From assembly GCA_964036045.1 (NCBI GenBank), contig OZ038378.1, positions 166,346,001-166,410,000 on the forward strand: 64,000 nt of DNA. Direction: 5' to 3'. Shown here piece by piece: positions 23,401 through 38,400 of the stretch. A program made the translations under genes and the position numbers. The stretch comes from Eutreptiella sp. 'Long Island Sound 2002'. Taxonomy: Eukaryota > Protista > Euglenida. The notes under the pieces were generated by a model. The model did no database searches, was not told where the DNA came from, and saw only the letters and a program-made list of their open reading frames with translations. Every line of letters begins with the position of its first letter. Positions within the stretch are counted from its first letter, which is position 1.

Positions 23401-26400
23401 GTCCTTCTTTTGCATTGGATATGGCGTTTTTGGGTTTTCACCTATTTTCCCCCATTTTCACCTATTTTCACTCGCCGCATGTTCTACTTTCTAGGTTGAT
23501 TTCTCACCACTATGGTAGCCCTCAATGTGGGCACTCCACATCAGCCTCTCTTGATTTGCATCCTGCGTCGGATGCTATTGTCAAGGTAAAGATCAACATG
23601 CAAATGGCAAGCGTGCAAACGAAGATCAACCGTTAGACAAAGAGCTGCTCGATAATCTGAGGATGCATGGTGGGCAAATGTGCATCGTGTGTAGTCTTAC
23701 TTGAATTGTGTTGTTGCTAGGATTCAATGGGTAGAAAGACTTTCGTTTGTCCCTCCTGACATTGGCGGGTGCTCTTCGTTGGGATCCTAAAGGGCTTCAA
23801 AGATTCAAGGGACATTATTTCATGGCATCTGATGGGAAGGGAAGGTAGTACGCAACCATCTTGAGCTACGGTAGCTTGGGCGGCCTGAGTTTGAGGGTGG
23901 CCAGTAAGGGGGTTCTTCACAGGGGAATCTAGTCTCAAAGTAGTGCGCAGTGTGCAGTGCAAGGATTCCCCCTACCCCCCCCGCCCCACACACATACGCA
24001 CACCACCACTTGAACCCCATTTTTTTCGACGTGGGGTGGGGGGTGAGGGTCTAGCCGCTTTCAAACGGGCGCGTTGGCTGAAAAATCGAGATTCCTGGGC
24101 GACTTCCGACGCCCCTAGGCTGTGGTTGGGTGATCATTTGATGGCAAAGGGAGTACGTATGAACCCATGGGGAGCCATGTAGCACCAACGAGGCCCTCTT
24201 AGTAGGGCTTGTTGGACCCCAAAAGTGCCGTTTTGGACTTGTGTGCACTGAAATGGGCTAAATTCATTGGCCTATAGCGGCCACTGTGCATCAATCCCAA
24301 CCTACGTCCGATAGAACTTTTTTTTCTCAATTAACCCCATCACCAATGATGGGCGTCTCGGGTGCTATCTCCAAGTTTCATAGATCGGCCCCCCTTTGGG
24401 GCCCCACCGGTGGGAGACATATGCACCTTGTGGACAGCAGCCCTGCCTGGCATGGACGGCACGCACCTCACAGACAGCCACACTCTGGCAATGAGGGCAT
24501 GCACCTCATGGACAGTGCCTCTGCCGAGTAGTGAGGGCATGCACCTTGTGGACAGCGGCTCTGCCTGGCAGAGTCATAAAGCACGCAATGGCAAGGGGTG
24601 GGAGCAAGCCTGCCCCCCACCCCTGAGGACACAGCTCGTGATGCCCAGCCCCTGGGCACGGGGTTTTGCGGCCAGAGGGCCACCCACTTGCCCACCCGAT
24701 GGGTCCAAGAGACTGCACCCCAGTTGGCTGCACCCAAGTTTCCAGTGCAGGCCCCAGTCTCTGAGCGGATGCACAACACCCCTCTCCCCCTTGCAGCCTG
24801 ACACATGGCAATGTGCTGCCATCTTGACCCATCCTTCCCCCCTCGCTTTCAGGAAGGAAGCACCATCACTGCATCATGGTCTTGGCCCGAATGATGTGTT
24901 TGGGGGGGTACCAATTTGCTGGCTACACCGATTTGGTGGAGTTCGATGCCATTTTCAACCGCTGGCTGACCCCCAACTTCGCTAACACAATGCCCTTTGG
25001 CCTCATGGGGCATCAGATGGTGCTGGTGGACGGGGTCCTGTATGTCCTTGGGGGAGTGAAGATTGCCTCCCGCAACTTTTATGACTATGCGCTTGCCAGC
25101 ACCCCCTATCAACGCCCCATGTGTCGATCAGGCTGGGCAGCCCCGGACGGCAATGACATGTGCTTCCCCTGCTCAACGGGATGGGCTGCTTTTGCAGGTA
25201 TTCTGCCCTGCTCCACCCTGCCCTATCACCCAGGCGCATTACCTCTACCTCTGTCCTTACCCTGCAACCCTTGGGTCTGCCTGAAAGTGCCACGCCAGTC
25301 GAGGGTTAGCCATGGGAAACCAAATCGTACCTCCAATCCCCACTCACCCAATACAACCACAATAAAGTCCCATTTGAGTGCTCCAATTCTGGATGAGGCC
25401 CCAATGCAATGTTGGGTGGAACAGAGGTCTGATATCTGGTTTTGGAGACGACACAGGTGTCAACTTTGCCTGATCAATCCACACAAGTATCACAACTCCT
25501 ACACCACTCCTACGCCAAGCCGACACAAACCCAACAGAAAACCTACACACAGGAGGTGGGCCCGCTTCTTCTCGTATGCCTGCTTGCAAAGTTCCCGGAA
25601 ATTTGTTGCCCGGCCACCTCGGCATGTCGGCTCCCCCTCCCTGAGCCAACCCCATGTGGGTTTAGGGTGGAGGGCCTTGGAGGTTTGCCGACACTAGCAC
25701 TCTGTTGAGTCTGAATAGTGCATGATGGCGTCCACAACAACAACAACCGATTCCTTGCAGGTGCGTATCAATGTGAAATGTGTCCCGTGGGGACGTACGC
25801 CAGTTTCAACGCAGACGATTGCCTCAAGTGTCCGCCCGGCAAATACCAGCCCCTGACTGCACAGGTGTCATCAGCCATGTGCCTCCGCTGCCAGCCTGGC
25901 ACGTACTACCCATCGTGGGGAGGCACGGACCCCAACTGTCTGGAGTGTGATGGGGGACGCTACGAAGATCGCTTCGGATCCTCAGGTATGCTCCACAGTT
26001 GCCCTTGTCCTTTCAGCAGCTGGGTGCTCCGACAGCACACGCGGCAAGCGATCCGGACAGACAGGCGGGCGCAGTGCACGCCAAGGCGCGCGTGCACGGG
26101 GCAAGAAAAGCGGCAATGGGGTGTTGGCTCCGAGCATACCCTCTGCCTCTTGGACCCTGAGCATCCTGTGTCCAGGGATTCCTCGGAGCTCTAGCTCTGA
26201 GGGTGCAACATGCAAACCAACACCCAACCACCGCCTGGACCACCAGCAGCCCCTGCGGAAGGGATGAATATACTACTGCCACAATTATTTTGGTGGGGGT
26301 GGGTGGGGGGGGGGGGGGCTGAGGACCCCTGAAATGACGAAATGACGATTATGAAATTGCAATTTTCCACTGCTTTTTGATTTGCAGTTATGCCTCACCG

Positions 26401-29400
26401 TTGCATGTGTCGCCGCTGCCAACGCCCGTCCATCTGACTCAGTCCAGTCCAGCCTCAGCAGAGGGCATAGACATCTGGGCAGGCAGGTTGCGGGTAACCA
26501 GTCCAGAACCAAGGGCCTCAACCTTTGGCAGGCAGGCAACGACCAGACCGGTCCCAGTACATCACCACCTCGACTCCATTGTAGGCAAGTCGATAATGCT
26601 AGTTCAGACCCAAAGGCACTGCTCGTGGGGTTGGCCTCAGGGTGTCCTCTCCTAGCTGGTGGATCTTCCCCGGCCATTCGTGTGGTAGTCGTTTGTAGCG
26701 CTATACCCCAGCTTGCATTCGGCAGCTGGGTAAGCTTGCCACATCAAGTTGTGCCAATGTGTGGGGCTGTACATCATACATGATACAAACCTGTTTTCCC
26801 TCCTTACTCACAGGCTTGCATGGGACTGCACTTGGGAGGGGAGGCAGTGGTGGTGGTGCTACTGGTGCTACAGGTGTTGGTGGTGGTGCTGGTGGTGGTC
26901 GTGGATTCGTGGATTCGTAGATTCGCGGATTGAAAGCGACGCTAATAAGCTGGTGGATTGTCCCCTGCCAGCATTTCCGATGGTTCTTGGCATCCGTGTG
27001 AGCATAATTATTTGTTTCATTCTCAATCCACAAAGCCCAAGACGCCACAAGCTTGGGGTGGTGTTCTCCGCACAGCAGTCATTGCCCTTGCTGCTCAACT
27101 TGGTCCATGGGCTCGCCAGGAAACTACTAAAGTTCAGCAATGTCATTTGAGCCCCACTGCACTAGTTCAGGGCGCTCAATGTTGGCCTTGGCCTCAAGCC
27201 CAGCACAAATTACGGAAGTTTTGGGTGAATTGGCATACGTCGAGCATTGCAGGATACGGCACCAATGCAAGGCGCTCAGTGTTGGCCTCATCACAAGCCT
27301 AGCAAGATACTCCACCGCACCAGCTGTTGTGGTTCAAGTTCTAATTCAATCAGGGCCATAAACGGGTGCCGGCCCATTTACAAGTGTAAATTACATAAAT
27401 TCCACACATCCTCCACGAACCCCACGTAAATCCCCGTAAATTCCCATACAGTGTTACTTCGATGTGGTGCTTTTTTTTGGGCTGCGGAAGTGGGCTTTGG
27501 GGGGGTTGGGTTGGGTTGGGTGAAGGCCTCACCTGGTCGCCTACCCACGGTCCGCGCTGCCTTCCCTGCCGGACCCGACTGGGCGGCTGTACCCGGGTGT
27601 CCGGTCACAAGGCCTACCGGACTGCTGACCGCCCCCAGACCCCGCGGTGGCGCTCGCGGGCGGGTGATGCCGCCGTGCCTGTGTGTATGTGCCCTTGTGT
27701 GTCTGAGGGGGGGGGGGGAGGGCTGTGGCACACCTGCTTGCTCCATTGTTGTTCGGCGTTGGCGCACATGGCGCGGGGAAGTGTGTGCGTGGTGCTCCGG
27801 GCCCCGGCAGGGAGGCTGGAGAGCCTGACTCTGAGCCCGCCGGGGGAGATGTGGGCCTGGGCTCGCAACCTCCACGTCACAAGGACATGCTACCCAACCA
27901 CTCCACGACTGCCTGTTGGCACGGGAAGGCGGTGGTACGTGGCACGACTGGGGTCATACCCGCACTCCTTGACTGCCTTTGGCACAGGTGGTGCTGCCAC
28001 GCGGGCTGGGTCCGGCTCCCCACGGCCGAGGGCGTACCGCGGGCAGGTGGAGGGGCACCAGGGCGCAGAGAGTGCTTCCCTGCCCTGGGTGCCACCGGTG
28101 CTGGCTGCACTGGCTGCGGCGCTACAGCCCGCGTAGACGAGGGGGCCCAGAGGGCACCACACCCGAATGGCCTCTCCGTTGAGGAAGGGGGGGGGGGGGG
28201 CAGGGGTCGGCAGGTGGCTGTCTGGCCTCCAGGGGTCGCCCACAACTGCACTGGAGTGCACGGGGCTGTGCTGGCCTAGGCATCTGTGATGAAGTTGGAG
28301 GGGCACGCGCACACCTGGAGGTTCCCTGGGCAGCTCGCTCAAGGGATACCCACAGCGTTCAAGCTGTGAGCCCTTCACAGCCTCCACTTTTTAGGCCCTG
28401 AGGGCGCCGACTCCGTGCACCCCTCCCGTCGGGGGCGCAGGCGGGGGGGGGGGGGGGTTGTGGTGGATGGGTCTACCTGTTCACTTGTTTGGGAGAGGAG
28501 GACCACCTGCTGGGTTACCATGCGGGTCCCAGATCCCAACATACTTGTCTTTCGGCGTCCGCTCCCTGTCCGTGAGGGGTGGGACCTCGATCACCTTGTG
28601 TCGGCCTGCAATGAGGGTGCGAGGGCATGCTGGGGGGGGGGGGTGCTGGGCCTGCTTTCGGTCCGGCCCCATTTTAGTTGGGGGGGGGGGGGTAGGGGCA
28701 GCAAAAGGCCTGCTCCCCGGTTTCCTGGTCCCCAAGGGGAACCAGCCCACGGCCTGCACCCTCGCTTTGTGGTGGCTGAAATTTGGGCCGACAGAGGGCT
28801 TTGGGGGGGGGGGGGGGGGGGCACCATGTGTGTATTTAAATTTAGGCTTGTTCCAGGTCCAGAATATGTGTGTGTAACCATCCGCTTGCCTCCCATAAAT
28901 CGGCGTAGAGCCTCTTCCTGTTCCATCATAGAGGCGACGCCAAGGGGAACCATGGGGCGCCTCTCCACGACCGAGTGCACCTACCTACCTACCTACCTCC
29001 CATAAATAGGCAGCCTGCAAGGCTCTGGCACACTCGTATGTTGCATGGTGGTGACTATCGAAGAGTCTCTCATATTTTTCTTTCGGTGAGTGCGGTAATT
29101 TGATTTTTACAAGGGGAACTGTGCGGAAGGAGGAAAAGGAGGGGGCATGGGACTAGAAAAAATGGGTATTTCATCCATTTTTCTCCCATTTTTCTCCCAT
29201 TTTCCTCCATTTTTCGCCTACTCTGGAAATTGTTCCGAAATTTTCCATCCTGATCCATTGATGGCACCCCATTTCCCCCCATATTTCCTGCTTTGCCCCC
29301 ATTTCCCCCCATTTCTCATTTTTTCCCTTTTTTCCAGACTCCAAATTCCTGGTTTAGTGAGCTGGTGAGTTTGGTGAGAGTGAGTGCGGATGCCTGCAAT

Positions 29401-32400
29401 TCAGGGCGCTCAGCATTGGCCTTGGTCGGTGTCTCAAGCCCACTACGAAAGTGCACCAATTTTGGGCGAATTCAGCAATGTCACTCGAGTCCTGCAGGAG
29501 ATTGCACCACCACTTCAGGGTGCTTAGTGTTGGCCTCGTTCTCAAGCCCAGCAAGATACAACACCAGTTGTGGGTGAATTCAGTAATGTACCACGAGCCT
29601 TGCAAGACACTGCACCAGTTCAGGGTGCTTGGTCAATGTCTCAAGCCCAGCATGAATTTACATCAGTTGTGGGCGGCAGATGGGATCTTTTATACATTTT
29701 GTGTTCACACTTAGGAACCAGCTCCTACAAGGAGGGCAGAGGTGGCGGTGGTGTTGATGGTGTTGGTGGTGCTAGTGGTGGTGGTGGTGTAGTGGGGTGA
29801 ACACATGTAAATAGCAGGTTGCTCAGTAGTCTGCAGTCTCCGGAGGCACAGTGACAGTGCTGACATGGGTGGGCTTCCCAGATTTGGAGTGGAGCCGAGC
29901 CTTCTGCTTGGCTCTCCTCCCCCCATGTGCCTTCTGTTTGGCTGTACGCTCTGTGCCTCTGTGTCCTTTCCTTTTGATCCCTGTGTGCTTCCTACGCAGA
30001 CCCTTGTGCCCCCACATGCCCCCCTGCCTTCTGCCTGGCCTTCTTTGTGTCTTCGTCCGCAACCCACAACACACACGCAAACTCTCGGGCCGTTTCTTTG
30101 TGGCGTTTGAGCTGCATGCTGCCTCCCTCTCCCTGACCTCCTCCCCCCCCCCCTTCTGCTGTTGCAGATTGCAGGTACTGTCCAGCAGGGACCCACCGCC
30201 CCAAGGCCCTTGGACCAGTTGTGTTGGCCACGAACATCACCGACTGTCTGAACTGCAACGCTGGCGAGTTCAGTCTGATTGGGTCTGAGGTATGTCACAG
30301 GCTCCTGAATGAAAGGTGCCTGGGATGTTGAGATGGGGCTCATGCACACGTGTGTCAAGATTGGCGTTGCGCGTTCAGTACAAATTACAGCAGGTGCAAA
30401 TTACCTCAACAGCGGGTAGTCAGCACGAGCGGAAATGAGCCAGCGGCGAAAGTGAGAGGCCCGGGTCACTGGGGATGGTGTGTAATGGGACCAAGGAGCC
30501 GGCAGGTGGTGGCTGCAGCGGGAGGAGGGTCATTCAGCCGCCAGTGGCTATTGGTGGGTGCATGCAAAAGTGTCGTGGGCAGCCAAGAGTGTAGGGGGTA
30601 ATGTTGTGTTGTGATATCACCCATGAATGTTGGGGACACCTTGAGCTCTATATGCCGGAGATTCAGAGTCGCTGCGGAGCTTCAACAGATGACACTTGTG
30701 GGCGGGGGGCTGGGTGGGGTGGATTGGGACAGGGCCTCATGCAGGTGGGGATCGCAGGCCTGCACGTCCATCCCGGCGCGGCACTGCTCCCGAATCCTGG
30801 CTGTCCGGTTCGAACTGGGGCAGCCCCCATGGACCACACCATAGTGCTGATTTGCGGAAAGACTGTCATGGTGCCTGCTTCTGTGTGTGTGCGGGGGGGG
30901 GGGGTGTTTGCCCGGTGCTCCGGGCCCCGATGGGGATGCTAGGGGAGCCCTACCCGGAGCACCGGAGGAGAAACGGGCGAGGGCTAGGCAGTCTCCAGGT
31001 CACAGAGACATGCTGCCAAGCCGGCCCACAACTGCTAAGGCATGGGGCCAGCCCCAGTGTGTGGCGCGACTGGGGAGGACCCACACTCCTTGACTGCCAT
31101 ACGGCACAGGTGGTGCTGCCAGAATCGGCTGGGTCCAACATTCCACTGCCTGGGGCATGCCCGAGGCAGTAGGAGGGGTCACAGGGCGTGCAGAGCACTT
31201 TCCTGCCTTGGGGATTTGCCATGGAAGACTCCCAGGTGCGGCACTACAGCCCTGTTAGCTTCACAGGCAGCGAGGGCACACCACCCAGCTGGCCCCTCCT
31301 GAATCCTGCGGGGGGGGGCAGTTAGCGCAGTTGGAATCCTCGACCATTTGGAATCCGTGACCCCAACACCGACATTAGAAATGCAAAGAGCATGAATTTG
31401 ACACCAAGCAACCACAAGAACAGCATAGAACACATAAAAGATCAGAGGCATCAAAACGGAGACAATGCTGCAAGCATCCAGCAGAAACGAGCAAGGTTAA
31501 AGGATGTTCATGGTAGCAAGATAGAGCACATGAAGGGAAACATATCGCTGATAACAACCGCTCCCTCTGCTCTTTGGGAGGGCCCAGACCAAGGGCGCTA
31601 GATAGCCATGATGCGGTTGCTGGTAGCTTTCTCCTGCCTTGGCACGACTCGCCATCTTATGACAACCAAAAAAACGAATCCAAAAATTGGAAAGAATGTA
31701 CAGCCTTGTGTTGTGGCTGTACCCGCAGCAAAATGTTGCAGCCAAGATCCCACCTGTAGGGGCTGTGCAGTGTATTGAAACCCTCGTTTTCTGACCAAGT
31801 AGGGTGAAATGCTGACTCCCAAAAATGTTTGGAAAGCTGCGCTCTGTTTTAGTTCGTAAACCCAATTCCCCATCGCTTTTGAAAAGCACTCACCATGGCT
31901 CTGGTTCAGCACACCTACCTGTGCACTTGCCACCTGACACTCCAGAAGGTTACTGATGCGACCATTGCCCATAGGTTGACAACGCCCCACACTCGCTCCT
32001 CTGTCATGGCATTGTTCTTTTAGATTTTACATGCTCTTGACGGATGTTGCCCATGCAATTTTTCAGCTGAGAACCTGGAAGTCAAACAAGGCTATAGTGG
32101 GTGCTGGGCACTCCATATTGGCCACCCACCTGAGAATTGCTGATGCGCATGTAGGGCTAGTGAAAAATTGAATCTGGGGGGGGGGTTCCATTACCTAGTG
32201 CTCACGAGTCACTGGCAAGCTGCAAACCAGAAGCTGGCCATTGGAGCCCCTTTCTGATGGCCTCCACCTGAGAAATATCACTGGAGCCCTGGAGCCCTAG
32301 AACTGAGAAATGGTGATTGAGCGCCTTGGAACCCCTTTTGCCAAACCCCACCCACCCACCCATTAAATTAGCGGGGCTCCGTATAGGGCCCAGGTACCAA

Positions 32401-35400
32401 TGTTACTGCTGCAAGGGGCTAGTAAGGCGAATTTAAGGGCAACAACTGGCCCTTGGAGCACCCCACTAAAGCGGGCAAACTAGCCCACGTCTGACGTTCC
32501 TTGCCCATGCACAAAGCCAACAAGTGTGTGCAGCAAAGAATATGGAGGGTAGGCTGCAGCCAAAGCTGTGCGCACAGAGCAAACAAAATTGTGTACGCCT
32601 CGGGCCATAATACAGACAGTTCTGGCTGGCAGGCCGACAATCTGGATAGAGCCCCCAAAGAGTTACTGTTTTCAACAGCATCATCCACCAGGTGCTGATT
32701 GGAATAGATTTGCTCATTAAGTGTCGTACAGTGTTTCCGTCCTTTACTGTGATGAGCGCAAGACCTGCGGAAGGGCAAGGCAAGGCAAGACAGCAGACGC
32801 ACGCATTTGGCTTTTTTTCAAACGGTCCCCCCTAGCCCTGTTTGGGGGGAGAATGTACTGGGGAATTCAGCCCTGTGTACAAATGCCCCAAGAACACCCC
32901 CCATTCTGGGGCACTGCTTTGTGTCCTAGCTGATGGAAGTTGGGGCCGGGTAACAGGTAACAGGGGGGGTTGATGCCATCCCTCCCACATTGCGAGTCAT
33001 GGAGCAACAGATGCGCAGCACGTATCATTTCCATGGTTGTGGTCTTTTGTGCACAATTTCAGCAGCAAAACTTTGGGGGGGGGATGGAGAAAAGAAACGA
33101 AGTATGCCACCCTGCCCCTACCCCATGTGTGACTCAGCCCTTTGGTTCTTTGATTGGGTGAGGTGGAGAAGGTCCGGTCAAGGTCATCCAGATTTCCAGA
33201 CGCCTGGCACTTCCACTGCACAGGTGGGCGAGGTGGTGGGGCAGAGGAGATAATGCTCAAGGGGTACAAATGGAACCCACCTTAGTTTATTTGTTTATGC
33301 AACTTCCCTGATTTATGCCCCTCTGATCAATGCCCTAAGATGCAGGCCCCGTTGACAGGGGATTGATTTTTAGGGTAGGCCTGGGGCTTGCAAACGTGCT
33401 TGCAGGGGCTGCTCAATCAAGTTTGATTTCCCTTCTTGTGCATCAAACTCGGTAGTGACTGGGAAGGTGGGTGGATGGGTGGGTGGTGGGGGGGGGGGGG
33501 CTTCTGGGCCCACAATGAAGCAGGGCCTCGGCAGCAATCTATGACCCGCACATGTAGGTCTCGCACAAATCGCCACATTTGCCTCAGCTTCCCTCTGCCC
33601 TTCCCCACCTCCACCCTATCTCCCCTTTATTCTTCCATCTCTCAATGCCTCCCTCTCCACCAATGGTGTGCATGGTGCCTGGACAACACTCTGTGGGGGA
33701 AAAGCTCTCTCACTGTGTGCTATACTATGGCAGCCCGCTGGTAAGCAGCTGCACAGGGTGGTTGATTTAGATTGGGTGGTCAAGGACATAATGGAGTGGG
33801 GTTCAATGTGGATAAATGTGGATAACACGCCAATACGCCACACGGTGACAGGGGAAGTGGCACATCTAAGGAACTAGTGATTGACATGGTGGAAGCAAGG
33901 GGGGGATGGTTTCACCATGCGATGGCTTCCCATGCACATAGGTATCTTTGGGAACAAGTAGACCAACTAGGGCGCCTTCAATTTGATGTGGGGTAGGGGG
34001 GGCATCCCATCTTGGCCCCTTACAGGATTGGGCTTCTTTTACAACGGGGGAGAGGGGGGGGGGGGGGCAGGATGGGTGTATGTTGGGGTTGGTTGGTTGA
34101 AAACCCGGTGCCGAAGCCCTGGTGTAAAAAATTTCTTCCTGCTCCACAAACTATACCTCAAATTGCACTGATCAATTGGAGGTATATATTGTGGTGTTAG
34201 AAAAGTTTTCCGCCGCTGCGTTTTCCGCCGTGTGGCCTCAACACACACCCGGTCTGTCCCACCCCTTCACATGTTTCGGGGCCAGGGGAGTGACAGGAGG
34301 AGGGGCTTTAGGGCAGGAGCTAGCCCTACCAAGCGGAGCAAAGTAGGGTGAGGCATGCGGCCTACGTAGCAGAGTGGGCAAGGGAAAAAGGCACGCCAAA
34401 ACAAGAGGGTTGTTAGATCAAGCCCAGGCGCAGGCATTGTAAACCCCTCTTTTTGGGGGTCCGTCGCGTAGCATACCCCAAGTTGTGGTATCGGATTTCC
34501 GACCCCTTGTAAAATCATCATTTTGGGCCAGAAAATGATCCCCTAATGAATGCTTCGTTTTTGGCCCCCTAACCCCCCCTGTACCTGGGTGCCCGATTTT
34601 GGGGCGGACGGGGGGGGGGGGGGGGGCTCAAAACTTCTTTGCGTATTGTGGGCGTTGTGTGTTGACTCAGACCAAGGCCCTTGTGTGTTGATTCAGGCCT
34701 AGGTCCTGAGGAAAGTTTTTTTGTATAGACCCCCGAACCCATGGCGGGGGTCTCGGGTCCTAACTCCGGGTACCCCCGGTCGCCCCCCCCCCCCCCCACC
34801 GGCCCTTGTCAATGGACTGAGCCGTTTTCACGTTGGTGAGGCTGTTTAGTGTCACCTGAAAACTTTCTTCAACTTTTGATTTTTGCCAAAACCCTTCTGT
34901 CGCCCTTGGGATGGGTTTGGGTGATCATTTGGTGACAATGCGGGTACTTGAGCACCCATGAGGACCCACGCGGTAGCCACTAGGCCCATGTAGCCCGCGT
35001 CATGGGCCCCCTGGAAGCCCCCTGGAAATTGCTGTTGTTTAGGCTATTTAGTGGTGGAAGAATTTTTTTCGATACTTTTTTCGAGGTGCCTTGCTGAAGG
35101 CAATAGAACTTTGTCGCCTTATTTGTGCTCAAAATCACAGGTTTTTTGGAATTTTTTGAATTCGAGCCAAAAATGTCACTCTCAGTTTTGAAATTTTCAG
35201 CCCGGCCGTGGCCGGCCAGGGCATCAAAACCAACCGAAAACCAGACCATCGGATGCTGGTTCGCAAGGTCTACCATTCTGTTCCAGCAAAATTTGCTGAA
35301 ATGGCACGTAGCCCCCGGAAACCACAATTTATTGCCGTTTCGGTGCATACCACTGCACAGCAAGTGCAGTTGTGACAGTTGCGTTGACAGGGGAGACCAC

Positions 35401-38400
35401 AGTTCGACGAATTCAGGGGAAGACCATGCAAGCTAGAGGGTGCCCTCCACCACTGATGTGAGATGGTGTGACACACGGCCGGAAGGTTGTGGATCCACTC
35501 CATTCGTCCCATCACAGATCTGTATGCCCTGTCCGCCCGGGTTCTACACCCCAACCGATGGCAAGCCCTTCTGCATCGCCTGCCCCTTGGGGTACTGGAG
35601 CAATGGTGGCTCCAGCACATGCCAGGCGTGCCCTGTTGGTACCTTCTCAACGTCCTTTGGCACGGAGGCGCGGAGCTCTGACTCGTGCCAGCCCTGTGCT
35701 CCTGGCAGCTTCAACGACCAAACGGGGCAGTCCGCCTGTCAGCCTTGTGGCAAAGGGGAGTACCAGCCTGACTTCGGGAAGACTGGATGTCTGGAGTGCG
35801 AGGCAGGTCTGTTTTAACTTGTTATTGCCTGCAGCCCGATGAGCATGTGTGTGATGGACTGCGTTCAGGGGCTGTGGACGATGTGGCAGTAGGGCATCAC
35901 TCCTCCGTCAGACCCAAAACGGATGTAAAGCGCCGGAGTATTCAGAACTGACTTCGGCGCTTGTTTATCACCCCCGGCATCACTGTCCTCTTTTTTCTTG
36001 CGAAGGAGCGCCTTTAGGGAGCGCCTAAAATAAGTGCTCAACCGCCGTCCAGCCGCCTTCGGTTACCCTCCGACCGCCTTTGGCCACCGCACGAATATGA
36101 CGAGTGTATGGCCAGTCGCCCGTTTTTCATTTTATTTGAATTAGGGAGCGCCCTGCAATTCAGTGATAACTCCAGGGGTTTGCTGGGTATTTGGGACATT
36201 GTATTGGAGGACACCCACCTGACCCTGTGGAAGTGGGTCGCCACAAGAAGCTTGTTTCCCTTTTGTGCCTTTGGGTCAGGGTGTGTGGTTGGTGGGTGGC
36301 CCTCTCCCCCCCCCCTCCCTGTGTCGGGTTGGGACAATTTTGGTCTGGCCTTCCCCAAAAGTCCGGGTGAGTGTATCTCTGGATCCCCCCCCCCCTCCTC
36401 TTGGATAAGCAAATCCCTGGCCGGTGCTCTGTTGAGGAGCAGACGTCACGGGAGTCTTGCGTTGTGCTTTTGTTGTCGTGTCGTCGTTGACAGCCCTGGC
36501 CATGACCTCATGGGTGCAGCAGGACCCCCCGCCTGAAAGCCGCGGATCATGCGACACACGGAGGACACTGCGCGCTTCTCGTCCCGAGGGAAGTATTAGA
36601 ATGGTGTCAAGTCCAAGCCAGCCAAACCAGCTGCCAAAAGGGCTGGAAACCGAGCTGCACAGCCTATCTCGTCTTCCAATCCTCAGCCTATCCCTGAATT
36701 GCCCACTGAGCATGTCCAGGAGTTTAAGGCTGTTTGGAGTCTAAAAAGAAGTTTCGCACAGTTCCTGTGGAAAGGGCACGCACACAGAAGTAACACCATG
36801 CCGTACGCCATGGGAGGAGGGGGGGAGTCCCCCCTCCTTAAGACCCCCCCCCCCCCGGCCCAGACCAAAGGGACCGTGGGGAAAAACGTAATTTACCGTT
36901 GGGCCATTTTGGTACACACACTTTCGGGTCCCAGACCTCCCCCTCCCCATCTTCTATCACTCCCCTGCCCGCCCCCCCCCCCCCCCGTTCCAGTGCCCCG
37001 CGCACACGCCCTGCGCCCAGGGACGTTCGGCAACACGACCGGCATGTCCATGAAGGCCTGCTACCCCTGCCCCGCCGGGACCTACAACCCCAACACCAAA
37101 CAAGAGGTGTGCCAGGAGTGCCCCCTCGCCTCCTTCAGCAGCCAGATCGGTGCCACGAACGACGGGGTCTGCGTCCCGTGCCCCGACGGCACCTACAGCC
37201 CCCTCACCGGCAACGCGGCCGTCTCCGACTGCCTCCCCTGCCCCGTCGGCCACTGGGGCAGCAAGATCCAGTTCGACGAGGGCCTGACCGCGTGCTTCGA
37301 GTGCGAGCCCGGGACGTACCAGCCCGAGACCGGCGCCACGAGCGCGGCCCAGTGCCTGCCCTGCCCGCCCATGACGTACAGTGGGGCCGCCGCCTCGGGC
37401 TGCGTCGGGTGCAGGTGTGGCCGGCCTCTGTCGTCCCCCGCCTGAGAGCTCCGTTCCATCCGCCTTCTCCGTCTTTTGGAGAGCACAAGCCCCTCGATCA
37501 CCGGTACCTCGATGCCAAAAGATGACTGCCAATCGGCCCTGAGGAGGGCGGGGGGGGCGGGGGGTGCAGGAGGGGGGGGGGGGATTGGAAGCAGGCCTTT
37601 GCCTAGTGACTGGTTGATACTGGTCTGAGGGTGGGTGGGTGGGTGGGTTTGTCTGAGTTTTTGGCACAGTGCAGGTAGCCCCCCCAGGGGGGGGGGGGGG
37701 GTTGTCAGCTATTTTGGTGGGTGGGTGGGCGTTTGTCCATGGGCTGAGGCACATGGGGGCGCTGCCGCGCTGTGCAGACCTGTTTTGCTTTACAATTGTG
37801 TCATGGCCACAAAAGAATGCAAATGCGGAACGATCATCGGGGGACCATCCCAGCGCTCATTTTGATCAACTTGGGGGAAAGGGGACAGCTACTTGTGCCG
37901 ACTGGCATGGCGTCTCTCCTCCGTGCTACAGCTCAAGGGCCTTCATTCTTTACAGGCGTCTTTATGTCTATGGGCAACGTTGGTAGACCAAGCTCTGTGA
38001 CCCCCCCCCCCCCCCAGGGATGAATTGGAAGGGGGGAGGTAGCCCCCCCCCCCCCCCCCTCCAGGGCGCCCAGCCTATGCCCAGCTACTGTCTCGATGGC
38101 GGCAAGTGCCAGCCTCAGTGGCATTTGTAACCGACAGTAACCGCCCGCAACCGCTTTGGCAACCTCCTCCAACTGTCCACCTAACCGCTCCTGGGGCCGC
38201 CTCTGAGGTGCCTTCCCTACTAATGCATCCTTGCCCTGCCCCTCTCCCCCCTTGGGAGTGTGGGTCGGTGGGTGGGTGTCAGCCGAAATCCTGGCGGGGG
38301 GGGGGGGGGGGGGGGGGGGGCAGGGCCCCCAGTATCACTAAGCAAAGGCCTGATTGGATCCTTGAAAATAAGTGGGCAGAGGGGCCAAAAAGTTTTGGTG

